From positions 631,401 through 695,400 of the forward strand of contig BDGG01000007.1 in assembly GCA_001949185.1 (NCBI GenBank): a stretch of 64,000 nucleotides of DNA, in the 5' to 3' direction. The DNA comes from Ramazzottius varieornatus (lineage: Eukaryota > Animalia > Tardigrada). Made by a program: the position numbers and the translations under genes. The stretch's first letter is position 1; each line of letters begins with the position of its first letter. Of the stretch, positions 52,640 to 64,000 are shown piece by piece. Under the pieces are notes generated by a model. It saw only the letters and a program-made list of their open reading frames with translations. It was not told where the DNA came from and ran no database searches.

Positions 52640-53650
52640 GCAGCATAATACCGACAACTGATGGGACTATTGATCAGTGCGCGTGCCGGAAAGTCTGCAG
52701 AGTTCTATCCAGACGTGAGTATAGCATATATCCCCGTACTCGGGATCTATCTTTCAGAAATGAAGGACCCACAAAACACAGGTCAGATTCCCGAGTACTG
52801 GGATATATGCCAAACTCACGGTTGGACAGAAGTCCACAGACTTTCGGCACGCGCATCGTTCAGCAATCCCATCGGTCGTCAAAAAATATTCTGCTGTATC
52901 CAGCATCCAGCTCGGTCATCCATGCTATAAAAGGCAAAACTCACTGGATGCAGCAAAATACTGTCGACTGATGGGACTGTCCATCTAGGTGACTGCCGAG
53001 AAACTATTGGAGTTACGTCAAGATAAGGAGTTGGCAGACGTTGAAAAAACTACAGATATCTAGTCTGGAAAACCGAACTGGTACAAGTTCTCAACCATCC
53101 AGACTCAAGATCCGTAGCTATTCCAATGTCTGCCACCTTCGTATCTTGAAGTAACTACAAGAAGTTTTTGGCAATCGCACAGGTGTTCAGTCCCGTCGGA
53201 GATGGATAGTCAGCTAATTCCTCATAAATTCTGACGGGGCAGCCCGAAGGAGTGAACATCACAATTTATGCTGAATATGACTGAATATCCATCTCCGATT
53301 GGCCTGACAATCTATGAAGTTACCGAGAAAGTACTCCGGCTGCGAGAAGATACACGGATGGCGGGTTTTCAAAAGTTATAGATGAGTTCAGCACCATTCA
53401 CGCCACGAACCATCCGGTGAACTGTGCGCAGCTGCCAATCCGTCCATAACTTCTTGAAGTCCCGCCATCCGTGTATCTTCCCGCAGCCAGAGTACTTTCT
53501 CGATAACTGTATAGATGGTCAGGCCCAGCGGAGATGGATATTCGGCCACATTCAGTGCGATTGTGCTGATCACTCCATCGAGCTGCAAAGAGATCTGCTT
53601 GTACTGAATGTGGCCAATTATCCATCGGCGCCGGGACTGACGACCATCGG
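52640..53650. repeat. Chain of long imperfect palindromes
   Basis: Inverted arms at ~52640-52897, ~52951-53200, ~53280-53547, plus linking hairpins ~53198-53297 and ~53530-53635. Confidence 0.75.
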
Positions 53651-54659
53651 GACCACCGCAAAACATTGAAAGCAGAATACTTGACATATCTATACATCTC
53701 TAACGAGAGTGTATAGATCTGGGAAGTATTCTGGGTAAGAGATACAGAGATACGTACTTGAAGAGCACCTACCTTGCTGAAAGTATCCTTTGGGTCGGAG
53801 GATGGGAGGCATAGTGCCGCTGCTGTTTCCTACGAAGAAACGAACATCTTTCCAGCAAGGTAGGTGCTTTTCAAGTACTTATGTATTCGTCCTTACCTTT
53901 GGATGGAAGTTTCGGGGGAAGACAAGTCGGAGCCGGCGATCTGCAGTAGGGATGGCGCACCGAAATATGCAAATTCAAAATGTAATTTTTGAAAACAACA
54001 ACAGACCGAATTGCGAAGCGGGTGTCTACTGGACTTCCGCTTCGCGTTATTGTTGCGGACTACTGGTTTTGTTTCCCGCTTTTCCGCGACCACTGTGCAC
54101 GTACTTCACTTAATTATGGGTCGGGACAAAATTATGGGCCACCCGTTTTTGAGCCAGCTAGAAGGCTGATTGTTTTGGGTCTCACCTAGGACCTTACAGC
54201 TCCATAAGCTATGTGACAAAACTTCAGTGGAGTCAAGCATTGCACTGATTTCCGACATAAACAGGTTGCCATTAATTGCGTCCATGCCCGTGATTAGACA
54301 AAGTACGTGTACAGACTCACTGGTTCTTCATTGATGGTGCATTTGATTCTCGTTAGCTCTCGGGAGTGGTTCGCGGCATATCGTTATGGTAGTTTGCACT
54401 TAACCCAGAGTCTTAGCCATCACGTAAAACTGTTTAAGCTAAGATTCGCGTACGATGGTCTGGAAGGTACCCCCGTAAGCTCTTATCTGCGTCTGCAATG
54501 CATCGATCTCATACTGGACTGCACAATAGTCTTGTTTATTGGTGTTATTACGGAGGTGAAAGTAGTAATGAAGATAATTCAACAACAGATCGAACTAAAC
54601 AAGAGCATCCATCGTGAGAAGTATTAAGCATCAAAAGTCTGATTAAACGATGTTATTGT

Positions 54660-57300
54660 TTAGCAAGCCAAGAGGCTCTTCCGACTCCATCGGAATGTTG
54701 TTTCGGCCAACGTTGCGAACTTCTCGTGCACTGCGGCGTCGTCGTTTGATGAGGAAAACCGTAACCAGGAAAAGGACAACAAGAATGGCCGATGCACCTC
54801 CAGCAGCCAAGTAGGAACTCTCGCTGATAGCGGTGTCAACGCCTAAAATGAATTAGTAACGCAGATGTGTCAAAGAACGATGAGTCGTGCTAGTTTCTCA
54901 CTTTTAATCGAAAGTTCCTTGATGGCGCGTCGCGGATCTTTTATAACGCCAAGGTTTGGACCATAGGTGACTGCAACCAGGTACCAATGCCAGCTGTTGC
55001 CAATGCTGTCGGTGTTCAGAACGTAGTACCTGTAGAGAATAACATAAGCTTAGAGACGCTAGAGATAAAAACGTAGAACTTTGGATGACCTAGTTCCTCC
55101 GGTCTCTCGTAACAGCAGTGAATGCATTGGAAACATGTGATCAACGAAATGCTGCGTCCTTCCAACATTGACCAAGTTTTGAATAGCATAGGACAGATTG
55201 ATGTTCATCCGGTTGGCCGCAAGCCGGATGACCTCTGTGCCAGACAACAAGCGGGTACTGCGAGCCCCAAGTCCCATAAAGCTTCGCCCGTTAATAACCA
55301 CACTTCGCGTATCGACACCAGCGATCTCATCGTCAGAAACTTCCGTAAAAGGCAGTTCGGCATTGTGTAGCAAGGCTACAGCCTCCGCGGCTATGAAGCC
55401 GCAAGCCGCTCCGTCCAACTGACCAGTGCGTATGGAATCCTGCACCGTAACCCCTGAAGCTCTCAGCCAGTCACGTAGCTAGCTGAGAGCCCATTTCCCG
55501 TTCCTTGCGCGGCAACCGCCACATCGACAGGAACTGTCCTGGCGTCCAGTTGTCTGTAAGTAACATATCGTGTTGTTGGGAAGGCGCCGATTATATGCAA
55601 GGGAGAAGCATATGGTCAAGCCACTGTTATCAGCCAGATTCATTTTTCTCCAAAACTCATCGCTCTTACCTGAAATACTCTTCAGTATGGATTACAGCAT
55701 CGGTATGGTAGGAGGCTTCCTTGTGAGCTTTAATTTTCATTAGTGCGTTTTTAAAGTCTTCTAGTGGCCGGTGGACCATATACTGACGGCTGCTGTTCTG
55801 TCTCTGCCTGCCAAATCCGATGCTATAGTACTTGCAAAACACTCCGTTCTTCTTTCTGGACCAGACTAGCCATGGGTTACTGGTTAGCCATTCTCTCTGA
55901 AAAATTCTCCGCTGGCCCCCATTGCCCGTGCTGGGAAATGTGAAGCTTGTGGGTGGTACCCATGGACTCTCGATTATTTGCCGAACAACGGACCCTGGAA
56001 TCGAAGCCAGTGGTACGGTTATCCATTGCCCAATGTCGGCTTCGGAGGGCTGTCGGGCGCTGCCGACGTTGTGGTGGTCACGGTTGGGGGACGGTCACTT
56101 TCATCCATAACGTCACAAAAGGGATTCCTGTTAGTTAGCTGCGGTGGAAAGTGCGCAGGCAACAGCGGGCACGAGTTTTCCAAAGTATTCATTTCAACAT
56201 CGTTGCAAGTGGTGGAAAAGCCTAACAAGAATCCGCATATTGAGTAATGAGAACATGTGTGATGCTTTAAATACCCTGTACGGTCATTGTGCGCATCTCC
56301 GTACCGGTGGTTGCTTCCGTTGTTGAAGAAGATGGCAGACCTTGAGGGGTAGATTCGTCCTCCAGGGTTTTTGATGTTGAAGACTCTGTTGTCTGGATGG
56401 AAAACTGCGACATTTTTTGTTGGATAGTTCGGCGTTTAGTGGGAGGACCAACAGGTAGGGCTTGACTGTTGCGCTTCGCCGACGAGACGGATGGAAGAGC
56501 CATGTCGTAGCAGGACTCCGGCAAGGGTTGCCTATTCAGCCATGACCGTGCCTCGTTCAGTGGGGCCTCGGCAGAATACGCAATGTTAGGAGAGCCTGGT
56601 GTTGGCACCCCATACTCAAACATGGTTTCTGAACCCTTGTCAAAGCGCGACATGGAAGAGTCGTATATCTTCCACGTTACCTTGAAATGAACGCAGGCAC
56701 CAATAATCCTTCGAGTCTTTAGTGCATCTGATCCAACTTAGTTTATTTTACTTACCTCGCCGAAGGTGAATCCATCAGTGGCATTCTCGCATGGTCCACA
56801 AAAAAAAGGAACAAACTCGACGAGCTTTTCGTTTTGCAGGTCTGCTTCAGCGTCAAATGGGCGGTGTACAGTGCGATCACCCACAGGAACAAACTTAGCT
56901 CCTTTATACAGAGCCACAGTTCCCATAAAGTTTCGGGAAGGTAGAAGCTCTCGACAAGAGCCCACACTGTAGTTGAGCCCACCAGGACATTGCAAAATAT
57001 CAGTCTTGTCGTATATATCGTGAAGTAGAAACGCATCTTGGACATACGGGACCTGACTTGTTAGACCGTCTCCGGATGACAAAGGCAGAACGATCCTGGA
57101 CTTGAGTGACTGACGATCCCAAATAACAATGTGGTAAGAGTCGAGATTATGGTGGATGGATCCTGACAACTCCCGCTTGGTCCGTCCATCGCATACCTGC
57201 TCTATCTCCACGTATCCTCCTATTGCATAAACTTTGCCGGAGTGAACAACTGCACTATTGCAACTTATTTCTGCAATCCGGTACGTACAACATTGTCCGT
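54660..57300 (-). pseudogene. Chimeric multi-exon gene: Kelch-like segment, TTF zinc finger, Ulp1-like protease motifs and C-terminal TM; disrupted
   Basis: HSGKVYAIGGY; PWVPPTSFTFP..RRIFQREWLTSNPWLVWSRKKNGVFCKY..LKAHKEASYH (~55700-55965); GQLDGAACG; VLNTDSIGNSWHWYLVAV; TM AILVVLFLVTVFLIKRRRR; in-frame TAG near 55480. Confidence 0.55.
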
Positions 57301-57879
57301 GAAAAACACTATCAAAAATTACAACAAAGAGGAAAAACCGGCACATGTTTAGGCAGCTAATGTACTTTGACAGAACCACGCCACAGAATACTGCAAAATA
57401 TTCTGTCCTCCCTTTATGTATACCAGAAGCTCATTTGATACGCACATAATTAACAACCGTAATAAGTTATGAATCCGTGAGGCACAGTTTAATCGCACTG
57501 AAGCATCCGGTCCTTCTTTTAATTTCGCCCGTCGGAGATTTGTAATCGACGAATTATTCTTAATCGTGAGCATTATGCGAATTTCAAAAGTCCCAGGTTC
57601 GTCATACATGTCAAACTGTCGAACTGGAGGTTGTCGACGTGACTAATAACGCTAACTTTCGATCTAAAGCATAATAATGATAGTATTTTGTTCAGATTAT
57701 GAATTTTTTGCCCATAGTTCATCCAGATACTCCACACTTGAGCAACGCCGCATTTTCCGCGCATTATTTGCAGACTTCACTGCGTGCCTGTCTTAACATC
57801 TCAGCGAAGTTTTTGTATCATCGAAGTTTTTATATAGTTATCCTTCACGAGATTAAAGTTAACAGTCTACTTCATACTG

Positions 57880-58042
57880 TACACGCGCGTGGCCCAAATG
57901 TGAGCATGGACAAAACTGTGGGCCACGGAACGAAGATGGCACGGGCCAGCCGGGGTTAACCAATCCATTAAATCAATCGGAGCAGCGCCGCTTTCGCTCC
58001 GTGGCCCACAGTTGTGTTCATGCCCAGAAGTAGGCGCGTGTA
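57880..58042. repeat. Small TA-flanked inverted-repeat element
   Basis: TACACGCG..CATGGACAAAACTGTGGGCCACGGA mirrored by TCCGTGGCCCACAGTTGTGTTCATG..GCGCGTGTA. Confidence 0.6.
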
Positions 58043-58585
58043 CTGGTAGTTACGTTCAAAAACCGGTCAGAATGGCTAACAGTTAAAAAAGCATTTTCGG
58101 CCAGCCAGAGGCTGGCCTCACGAGGCTGCATTTTTCCCAGCTATTTTCCCAGCTATTTTCCATTTTCCCAGCTATTTTCCCAGCCTGTAGAGGCTGAGAA
58201 TTTGGACTTTGGGACAGGCTGAGCCTCGTCAGCCTTATGGGTCAACGCGCCCCTGCAGGGCATAATTCGAGCATAGCGATTTTCGCACCATAATTTGGGC
58301 AATGCAGAGAATTTAAGCTCTATTACGAAGGCTTGATTGATTCCTCATCGTACATCCGTTGATACAACTTTGGGCTTTTTCCACATTGGGCTTTTTCCAC
58401 ACTGGGCAGATCCGTCTCTCCCTTACGACAGATTCTTTTTACCTACAACATTTCATCGTTCCCACACCTGTTTGGACCTTGAGGAGAGAGATTGATCTAC
58501 CTATGAAAACAATAAGCACGTGATTACGTGCATCAGCTCAGAAAAATATGCCCGAATTATGATGCGGAAATCGCTTTGCCCGAAT

Positions 58586-58719
58586 TACTGTAATGCTTCA
58601 TGAACTCTTCATACGCGCGAAAAATCCCTTAGGAGGGTGGTAGGGCAAAATTTTGGAACCCAGGTTCAACTGTACGTGTATGATGACGTGCTTCGCGAAG
58701 TTCATGAAGCATTACAGTA
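58586..58719. mobile_element. Small TA-flanked MITE
   Basis: TACTGTAATGCTTCATGAACT / AGTTCATGAAGCATTACAGTA. Confidence 0.75.
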
Positions 58720-58927
58720 CTTTAAAGTGTCGATGATGCGGGACAGGTTTGAACCCGGGTGCGTGTAAAAAGACCGCGCGGATGGTGGGTGAAATATCTG
58801 GTCAACTTGTGTATCGATCAGCTAATCGCTATGACATGACACATAACAGCCCAAACGGCGCGTACCCGGGGGATTCTTTACGCAGACCCGGACCAATCTT
58901 GTCCCACTTCATTGGCACTTCAAAGTA
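58718..58927. mobile_element. 210-bp TA-flanked MITE, copy 2
   Basis: TACTTTAAAG..GGGACAGG / CTTGTCCCAC..CTTCAAAGTA; interior homologous to 38046-38255 in reverse orientation. Confidence 0.75.
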
Positions 58928-58940
58928 TGTTTACCTCGTA

Positions 58941-59183
58941 CGGGGCATCCTTTTTCATGTGCTGGGCATCCTTTTTCATGGCGTAGATGGAATAGTTGAC
59001 ATCCCGTGGCTTAGGCTCTGGCGCCAGCTTTTCACATGTAGTATAGGTGGCTAAATCCAGAAGGCCCAAAACGTGTTGATTTTTGCAATTACAGATGTCT
59101 GCCTGAATAGCAGAGGCCGTAGGCAGCATGATGAAACAAAGTACGAATGTGAGCCAAGCAGGGAGGTGGTGCATGGCATTCAT
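58941..59183 (-). pseudogene. N-terminal fragment of a possible retroelement env-like glycoprotein
   Basis: Signal peptide, then ICNCKNQHVLGLLDLATYTTC..VNYSIY; truncated by the MITE nest; internal tandem duplication of ATGAAAAAGGATGCCC. Confidence 0.4.
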
Positions 59184-59307
59184 CTGGCGTGCTGGTTTTG
59201 TACGGGTTCATCGGCGAACCCTTGCGGCCGCCTGGGTTTGGTCCTGGAGGTCTTCGAGGTCCTCGTCGGAACAGTCGGTTTATATACTTTGACAGCGAAG
59301 CAGAAGG

Positions 59308-59430
59308 AAAGAGAAAGTTCTAAAAGTACGTGAAGTGTATGTGAAGATGTAAAGCGCTTACCTCGGCAATGAAGCACTCATGCTGAATCAGCACGAACAC
59401 TTCACGTACTTCTAGAACTTTCTCTTTACT
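59308..59430. repeat. Hairpin/MITE
   Basis: AAAGAGAAAGTTCTAAAAGTACGTGAAGTGT mirrored by ACACTTCACGTACTTCTAGAACTTTCTCTTT. Confidence 0.7.
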
Positions 59431-59930
59431 AATAAAGAAAACTCTCCCCAGTCAGTTCCCTTTTGATCCTAATTCCTTCTACATCGACCGACCTTGTAGG
59501 GTTCTTGTCTAGCCAGCGGGCAGAAGGCTTTACAAGTAGTGCCGAAATACCTGTGCCTGCTCAGTCAACGGGTCGACACGTTGGCTGACGGAGTTTGAGC
59601 ACCGGGACAGCGGTGTACCAAGGCCTACCGGTAAGTAGCAGTCAGTGAACGGCAACTGTAACTTTTTTAAGTCAAACGACCAGTTGAACTTTTCGCGATT
59701 TTCTTTCGAAATTGATTACTTCCGTGCTTTTATGCACTGTTCCGGCAGCAACTTGCCCAAAACCGTTTTTCTCCTCTTTCGAATTTTGCTTCGCTTCAAA
59801 CAAGTAATTATAGAACTTACCGGTGCCAAGTAGGGCTGTCGCGTTAGCGATTGGCCGAGAGGGGTGAAGGGTAATCTTATTTGTTTCGTAACCAAACGCG
59901 CGCACGTCTAACGTTGCCTTGCGTAGTAGC

Positions 59931-61221
59931 TACAGCCACTGGCAGCCAAGTGTTCACTTTTCATGAAAAAAGTTCTTACATCCTTCAGACAACAGATAAC
60001 CTCTTCATTTAACTTCTACATGACCACCGTGTCTGTCCAGCATCGTTTGGACACGACCTTGCCAAGAGGAAAGCGTACTCCGAATTTCAGCGATATCATA
60101 ACTTTCACAGACTTTTTTGATAACGCTAATGAGGCCTTTTATGGTGGTCGCCTTCCGCTCAGACAAAATTCTCTTGAGATTCCCGTTGATCCCGTAGTCC
60201 AAAGGGGCTAAGTCAGGGCTGTTCGCCATCCAAATCTCCTTCGGAATATACTTGACACGATGATCTTTGAGGTGCTGGATGGTCCGCTTGGCCGTGTAAG
60301 ATGGAGCACTGTCCATGTGGAAGATGACATCTTTCGCCGAATTCCTGTAGAGCCTGGGAATGTCTTCATGGATCATCTTCGAAAGGATTTCATCAATGAA
60401 GTACTGGGCTGTCACCTTGGCAGAGCCGTTTACGACGTAGGCGCGCGACATTCCGAACCAGCAGATTCCAATGGCGATCATGACTTTCTTGGGCCACTGC
60501 TTGGTCGTCTTTTTCTTCCACTCTTCAGGAATTTCTGCCGATCCATCAGTCCAAAAGTGGTCTGTATCCACATTGCAGTCATCAAGCCTGATCCAAGTCT
60601 CGTCCATAGTGAAGATATGACGGACTTTGAATGGACCTAGATACGAGATAAAAAGCTTCCCCCGCTCATACCTCTGTTTCTTCTGGGCTTCCGTGAGGTG
60701 ATGCAGTTTCCTCTTCTTGCGCACTTCCAATCCAAGATTCTGGTGGATCATCCGGCCTACACTGCGGATGGATACTTGGAGCTTCTTAGCAATCTTCTGT
60801 AGCGAGTCAGGATTCTTCTTGACGACAGCTTTCTTGACTTTGTTGACATTGTCCTGGGTGCATGCAGAGGGAAGGTTTTGCGGAGGAAAACGTTTCGCCG
60901 GTTTGGTCCATCCATTTCTCTCCTTGCTTTCTTCTGGCAAATCTTGAGCACTGTGCGGCGACTCAGTGAAACCCCTTGGCTGGCAAAACTCAGAAATTTT
61001 AGGGTAGGTGAAACCTTGATCGCGTAAAGCGATCACCAAGGAAGATGTTTCAAAAGAAGTTTTTCCAGGCATGTTGAAAGATTGTTCTTAGAAAAGTTGT
61101 TCAAACGATAATGGAAGGATCGTTTTTTGATTGATCAGCTGAGATGGTTGCTCAATAGATGCAGGGATTTTTGTTTTGAGTCGCGTTTTGAACAGTGAAC
61201 ACTTGGCTGCCAGTGGTTGTA
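59931..61221 (-). mobile_element. maT (DD37D) Tc1/mariner transposon
   Basis: TA-CAGCCACTGGCAGCCAAGTGTTCACT / AGTGAACACTTGGCTGCCAGTGGTTG-TA. Confidence 0.93.
60005..61072 (-). CDS. DD37D transposase (355 aa)
   Basis: FTMDETW; FHMDSAPSY then 37 aa to SPDLAPLDY; HTH-like SLQKIAKKLQVSIRSVGRMI. Confidence 0.88.
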   Translation of the reverse strand: MPGKTSFETSSLVIALRDQGFTYPKISEFCQPRGFTESPHSAQDLPEESKERNGWTKPAKRFPPQNLPSACTQDNVNKVKKAVVKKNPDSLQKIAKKLQVSIRSVGRMIHQNLGLEVRKKRKLHHLTEAQKKQRYERGKLFISYLGPFKVRHIFTMDETWIRLDDCNVDTDHFWTDGSAEIPEEWKKKTTKQWPKKVMIAIGICWFGMSRAYVVNGSAKVTAQYFIDEILSKMIHEDIPRLYRNSAKDVIFHMDSAPSYTAKRTIQHLKDHRVKYIPKEIWMANSPDLAPLDYGINGNLKRILSERKATTIKGLISVIKKVCESYDIAEIRSTLSSWQGRVQTMLDRHGGHVEVK

Positions 61222-64000
61222 AGCTTCTTGCGTGCACTTATACACACCTCGCGTAGCCTTACGTTCTCTGTAACGCACGGTCTAAAAGTAGAAGCACGCG
61301 CACGTCTAACGTTACCTTGTGCAGTAGCTGGTGGTAGTTGTAACCGGACACCAGTGCACGTTTATCTTCGCCTACCGTGAAACTAGCCAAAGTTGTAACC
61401 AAAAACGTGAGCACGTCTACAACGTGGCCATACGTTGCTACCTGTAACCCATCGTGGTAATTTGGTTTCGCGCGCACGTCTCACGTCGCCTTGCGAAATC
61501 ATAGCGCTCATCGCATACAATAGCAATATTTTTATTGTCCTAGCAGTGTCTTACTTTCCTATTAGCAGTATCTTACTTTGCGCATTCTACGCTGATAGGT
61601 TACCATGTTACCTTCGTCAAACTGACCTTTCTATCGTATAATAAGCTGACCTGCGAGTAACCAAATTTTCATCAAAATATTCGTGCCTTAAAATTAACCA
61701 CAGTAACATACTGGTTGGATTGGCCGAAGACTGGTTGTCAGTTTGCAAATCTGCCTTGCACTTCAGTATCATCTTACCGTGTTTGATGGTAATTCCGCCA
61801 AGGAAGTCTGCATCAATACCAGCATCGCCCGAAAAGGGTACAGCTCGTACCGCTTCGTCAGTCCCTACGTCACCACAAAAAACAGAAGAACGTTTCGAAG
61901 TAACCGTCGTCAAAACTAAGCACGTTACTAACGCGGATACCGAACTTCCTACTCTATCTGATCATCACGACTCAACGTTGCTACCACCACCCTCTGCCCA
62001 TAGCACGTTACAGTCGTCAACTTCAACTACTTCTTCCGCTACCACCGACAGCTAGGCGAATGAGTACGCAAAGTCAATTGTTGCGTCCACCTTCCGCCGA
62101 CTAGAAGGACGTATCAATTCACCTGTCTCCGACGTGGACCAACCAATTTCTTCGGTCAACGCTAATCTGGTAGACCATCACCACAACCAGCACGAACACG
62201 CCCGAACGGCAAAACAACGGGACGTGGTACAACGGTAACATCAACCGCAACTACAACTATCGCGGTGCCTTTAACGGACAAGCCAGTTTCCGAGGAGGAT
62301 ACCGCAACCAGTCCAACAGAGGATACCAAGGTTACAACGACTACAACCGGTACCAGAACAGTAACAACAACCGGAGCTATGGTGGAAACTCCAACAACAG
62401 TGGATACCGCGGTAACGGTAACGGAAACAACTACAGAAATGGTTCCAGTGGAGGTTTCAACCGCAACGACAACGGATTTCAGAACAACGGATTCAACCGG
62501 TCCAACAGTGTTACAACGGTCGTTACAAGAACCGTAACGGCGACACCAACATCCAGACGCCGAGACCACAGTACCAAGAGGTGGTCACAACAGAAACAGT
62601 ACAGACACGACCGGGTAACAATAACATTACGGGTGGTACTACAAATACCACCAGTCAGTCAGCAAGGACTTTCACTGTGACGTCTAGACCAACCAACCGA
62701 GCAGTGTCTTGTTACGTCTGCGGCGGACCACACTTCGCCTCCGGCTGTCCAGACCGACCCAACAAAGCCTCTACCGGACCTCAAGCACGTCGCGACCAGA
62801 TGAACTCCATGACGTACGCGCCACCACGACAATCTTCCATGCTTGTGATGACCTCCGATGACAGCAACACTGCTACCGATGTCCTGAAGAACCATGTTTC
62901 AATCGATTCCGGTCAACCAGCTATCGTCAAGCTAGAAATTGAAGGTACGCCAGCCTTTGCCCTATTCGACTCTGGAAGTACAGTCACGTGCGTATCCTTG
63001 GATGTTATCAAGCAGCTATCCTTGCTACCCCTCCTGCAACGTGACGAGCACACCAAGACGATCGGTCACACGACGATCACAGAAGGCCACATTGACCTCA
63101 AAATTACAGCCTACAACAGATCTACATGGTGCAGAGCTCATGTACTGCAACTAATGCCACGGAAATACGACTTCATCTTGTCTCGGCCAGACTTTCTCAA
63201 GCTAACCGGGACCAATAGTCCAGTCTGGGTCCTCCAGTCTGGGTCCCTAGTGATCAGTTACCCAATCAACAGATGGTCGAGAAAGACAACGCTACGTTTG
63301 TATCGTGTATCAGGAATCCAGCATATCCTCCTATCAACGTCACGAAGCATCACACAGATCAACTAGCCCTCTTCAAGGATAACCCTATCTTTCGCTTTGG
63401 GCTAAACAGGGCTCTTCTTACCTTGGAGTCAACCAAGGATCCGTTCACCTGTGCATGCGGGACACCAGATGCTTCATGGCTTGCCTACCGCATTCATGTC
63501 TTCTCCTGCCCACAAGCTTCAGCACAACACCTTGGTCCTAATTTCAGGTGTCGCTGTAAGCAGGAGTGCGTCAACCGAGACCAGTGGAAAACACATCTTT
63601 GGTCTTGCACGATGATACAACATGTACGTGACACAATATTCACATGCGATAAGCCATACTGCTTCTACGCCACGGAAGACAGTGACCAGATGAATGACCA
63701 CGCCACTTTGCATGAAAAGTGAGACAAACAACCTTCGGCAGAGGTATTGGTGTAGCTAACGTCGAGCCACTCCGTATCGATACGGGGAATGCCAAGCCAA
63801 TATGGCAGCCTGCGCGCCGGATGCCACAGAAAGAGCGGGAGATAATCAGCGCAGAAATAAAGACGCTTATCGACCAAGAGCTCATCGAACCTAGTCGCAG
63901 TCCTTGGGCCTCCCCAGTAGTCCTAGTCCCAAAGAACATCGATCCCCCCAGTTGGAGACTGTGCGGTGACTACCGGCGTCTTAATACGGTAGTAGTGGAG
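61222..64000 (+). mobile_element. Degenerate Ty3/Gypsy LTR retrotransposon (leader repeats, gag, protease, start of RT); continues past the window
   Basis: Zinc knuckle CYVCGGPHFASGC; protease ALFDSGST; RT start IEPSRSPWASPVVLVPK..WRLCGDYRRLN; stops and frameshifts; leader repeats GCGCACGTCTAACGTT on both sides of the maT insertion. Confidence 0.88.

Larger units (their letters stand above)
50971..58255. mobile_element. 7.3-kb non-autonomous hAT-derived element carrying cargo exons
   Basis: TIRs CAGGGGCGCGT / ACGCGCCCCTG; perfect 8-bp TSD CAGGGCAT (50963-50970, 58256-58263); GAGGCTG/CAGCCT subterminal repeats at both ends; internal TTF-type zinc finger. Confidence 0.9.
50954..58940. mobile_element. 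Mariner-type MITE split by nested insertions
   Basis: Ends TACGAGGTA (50954) and TACCTCGTA (58940); TIR continuation TAATTCGAGCATAGCGATTTTCGCACCATAATT (58263) mirrors 58548-58587. Confidence 0.65.

Noticed and set aside
58130-58186. TTTTCCCAGCTA tandem repeat as CRISPR or telomere
   Set aside because: No spacers; it is a subterminal repeat of the hAT element in a eukaryote
62162-62569. Mucin-like Thr/Val-rich ORFs
   Set aside because: Alternative frames of the low-complexity gag region

Overview
Compact, intron-rich eukaryotic DNA, almost certainly tardigrade: it carries a complete 5-exon CAHS gene and an intronless orphan GPCR. The first 50 kb is gene-dense: a small GPI-like secreted protein, a PY-motif membrane protein, initiator tRNA-Met, CAHS, a DELE1-like SEL1 protein, a tandem CCCH zinc-finger gene, a TRH-receptor-like GPCR, MED13, an orphan mitochondria-targeted hydrophilic protein, LRCH, the orphan GPCR and an M14 carboxypeptidase. 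It also holds several MITEs and an apparently intact, intron-containing DD85E (Sailor-type) IS630-Tc1-mariner element. From 51 to 64 kb lies a transposon nest. A 7.3-kb hAT-bounded element (perfect 8-bp TSD) shows no visible DDE core but carries a chimeric cargo gene (Kelch-like, TTF zinc finger, Ulp1-like protease, TM), a second TM exon and a chain of long palindromes, and it sits inside a mariner-type MITE. After it come an env-like fragment, a DD37D maT element and a degenerate Gypsy gag-pol. Exon structures were inferred by eye from GT-AG sites and reading frame; family calls come from recalled motifs, not database searches.
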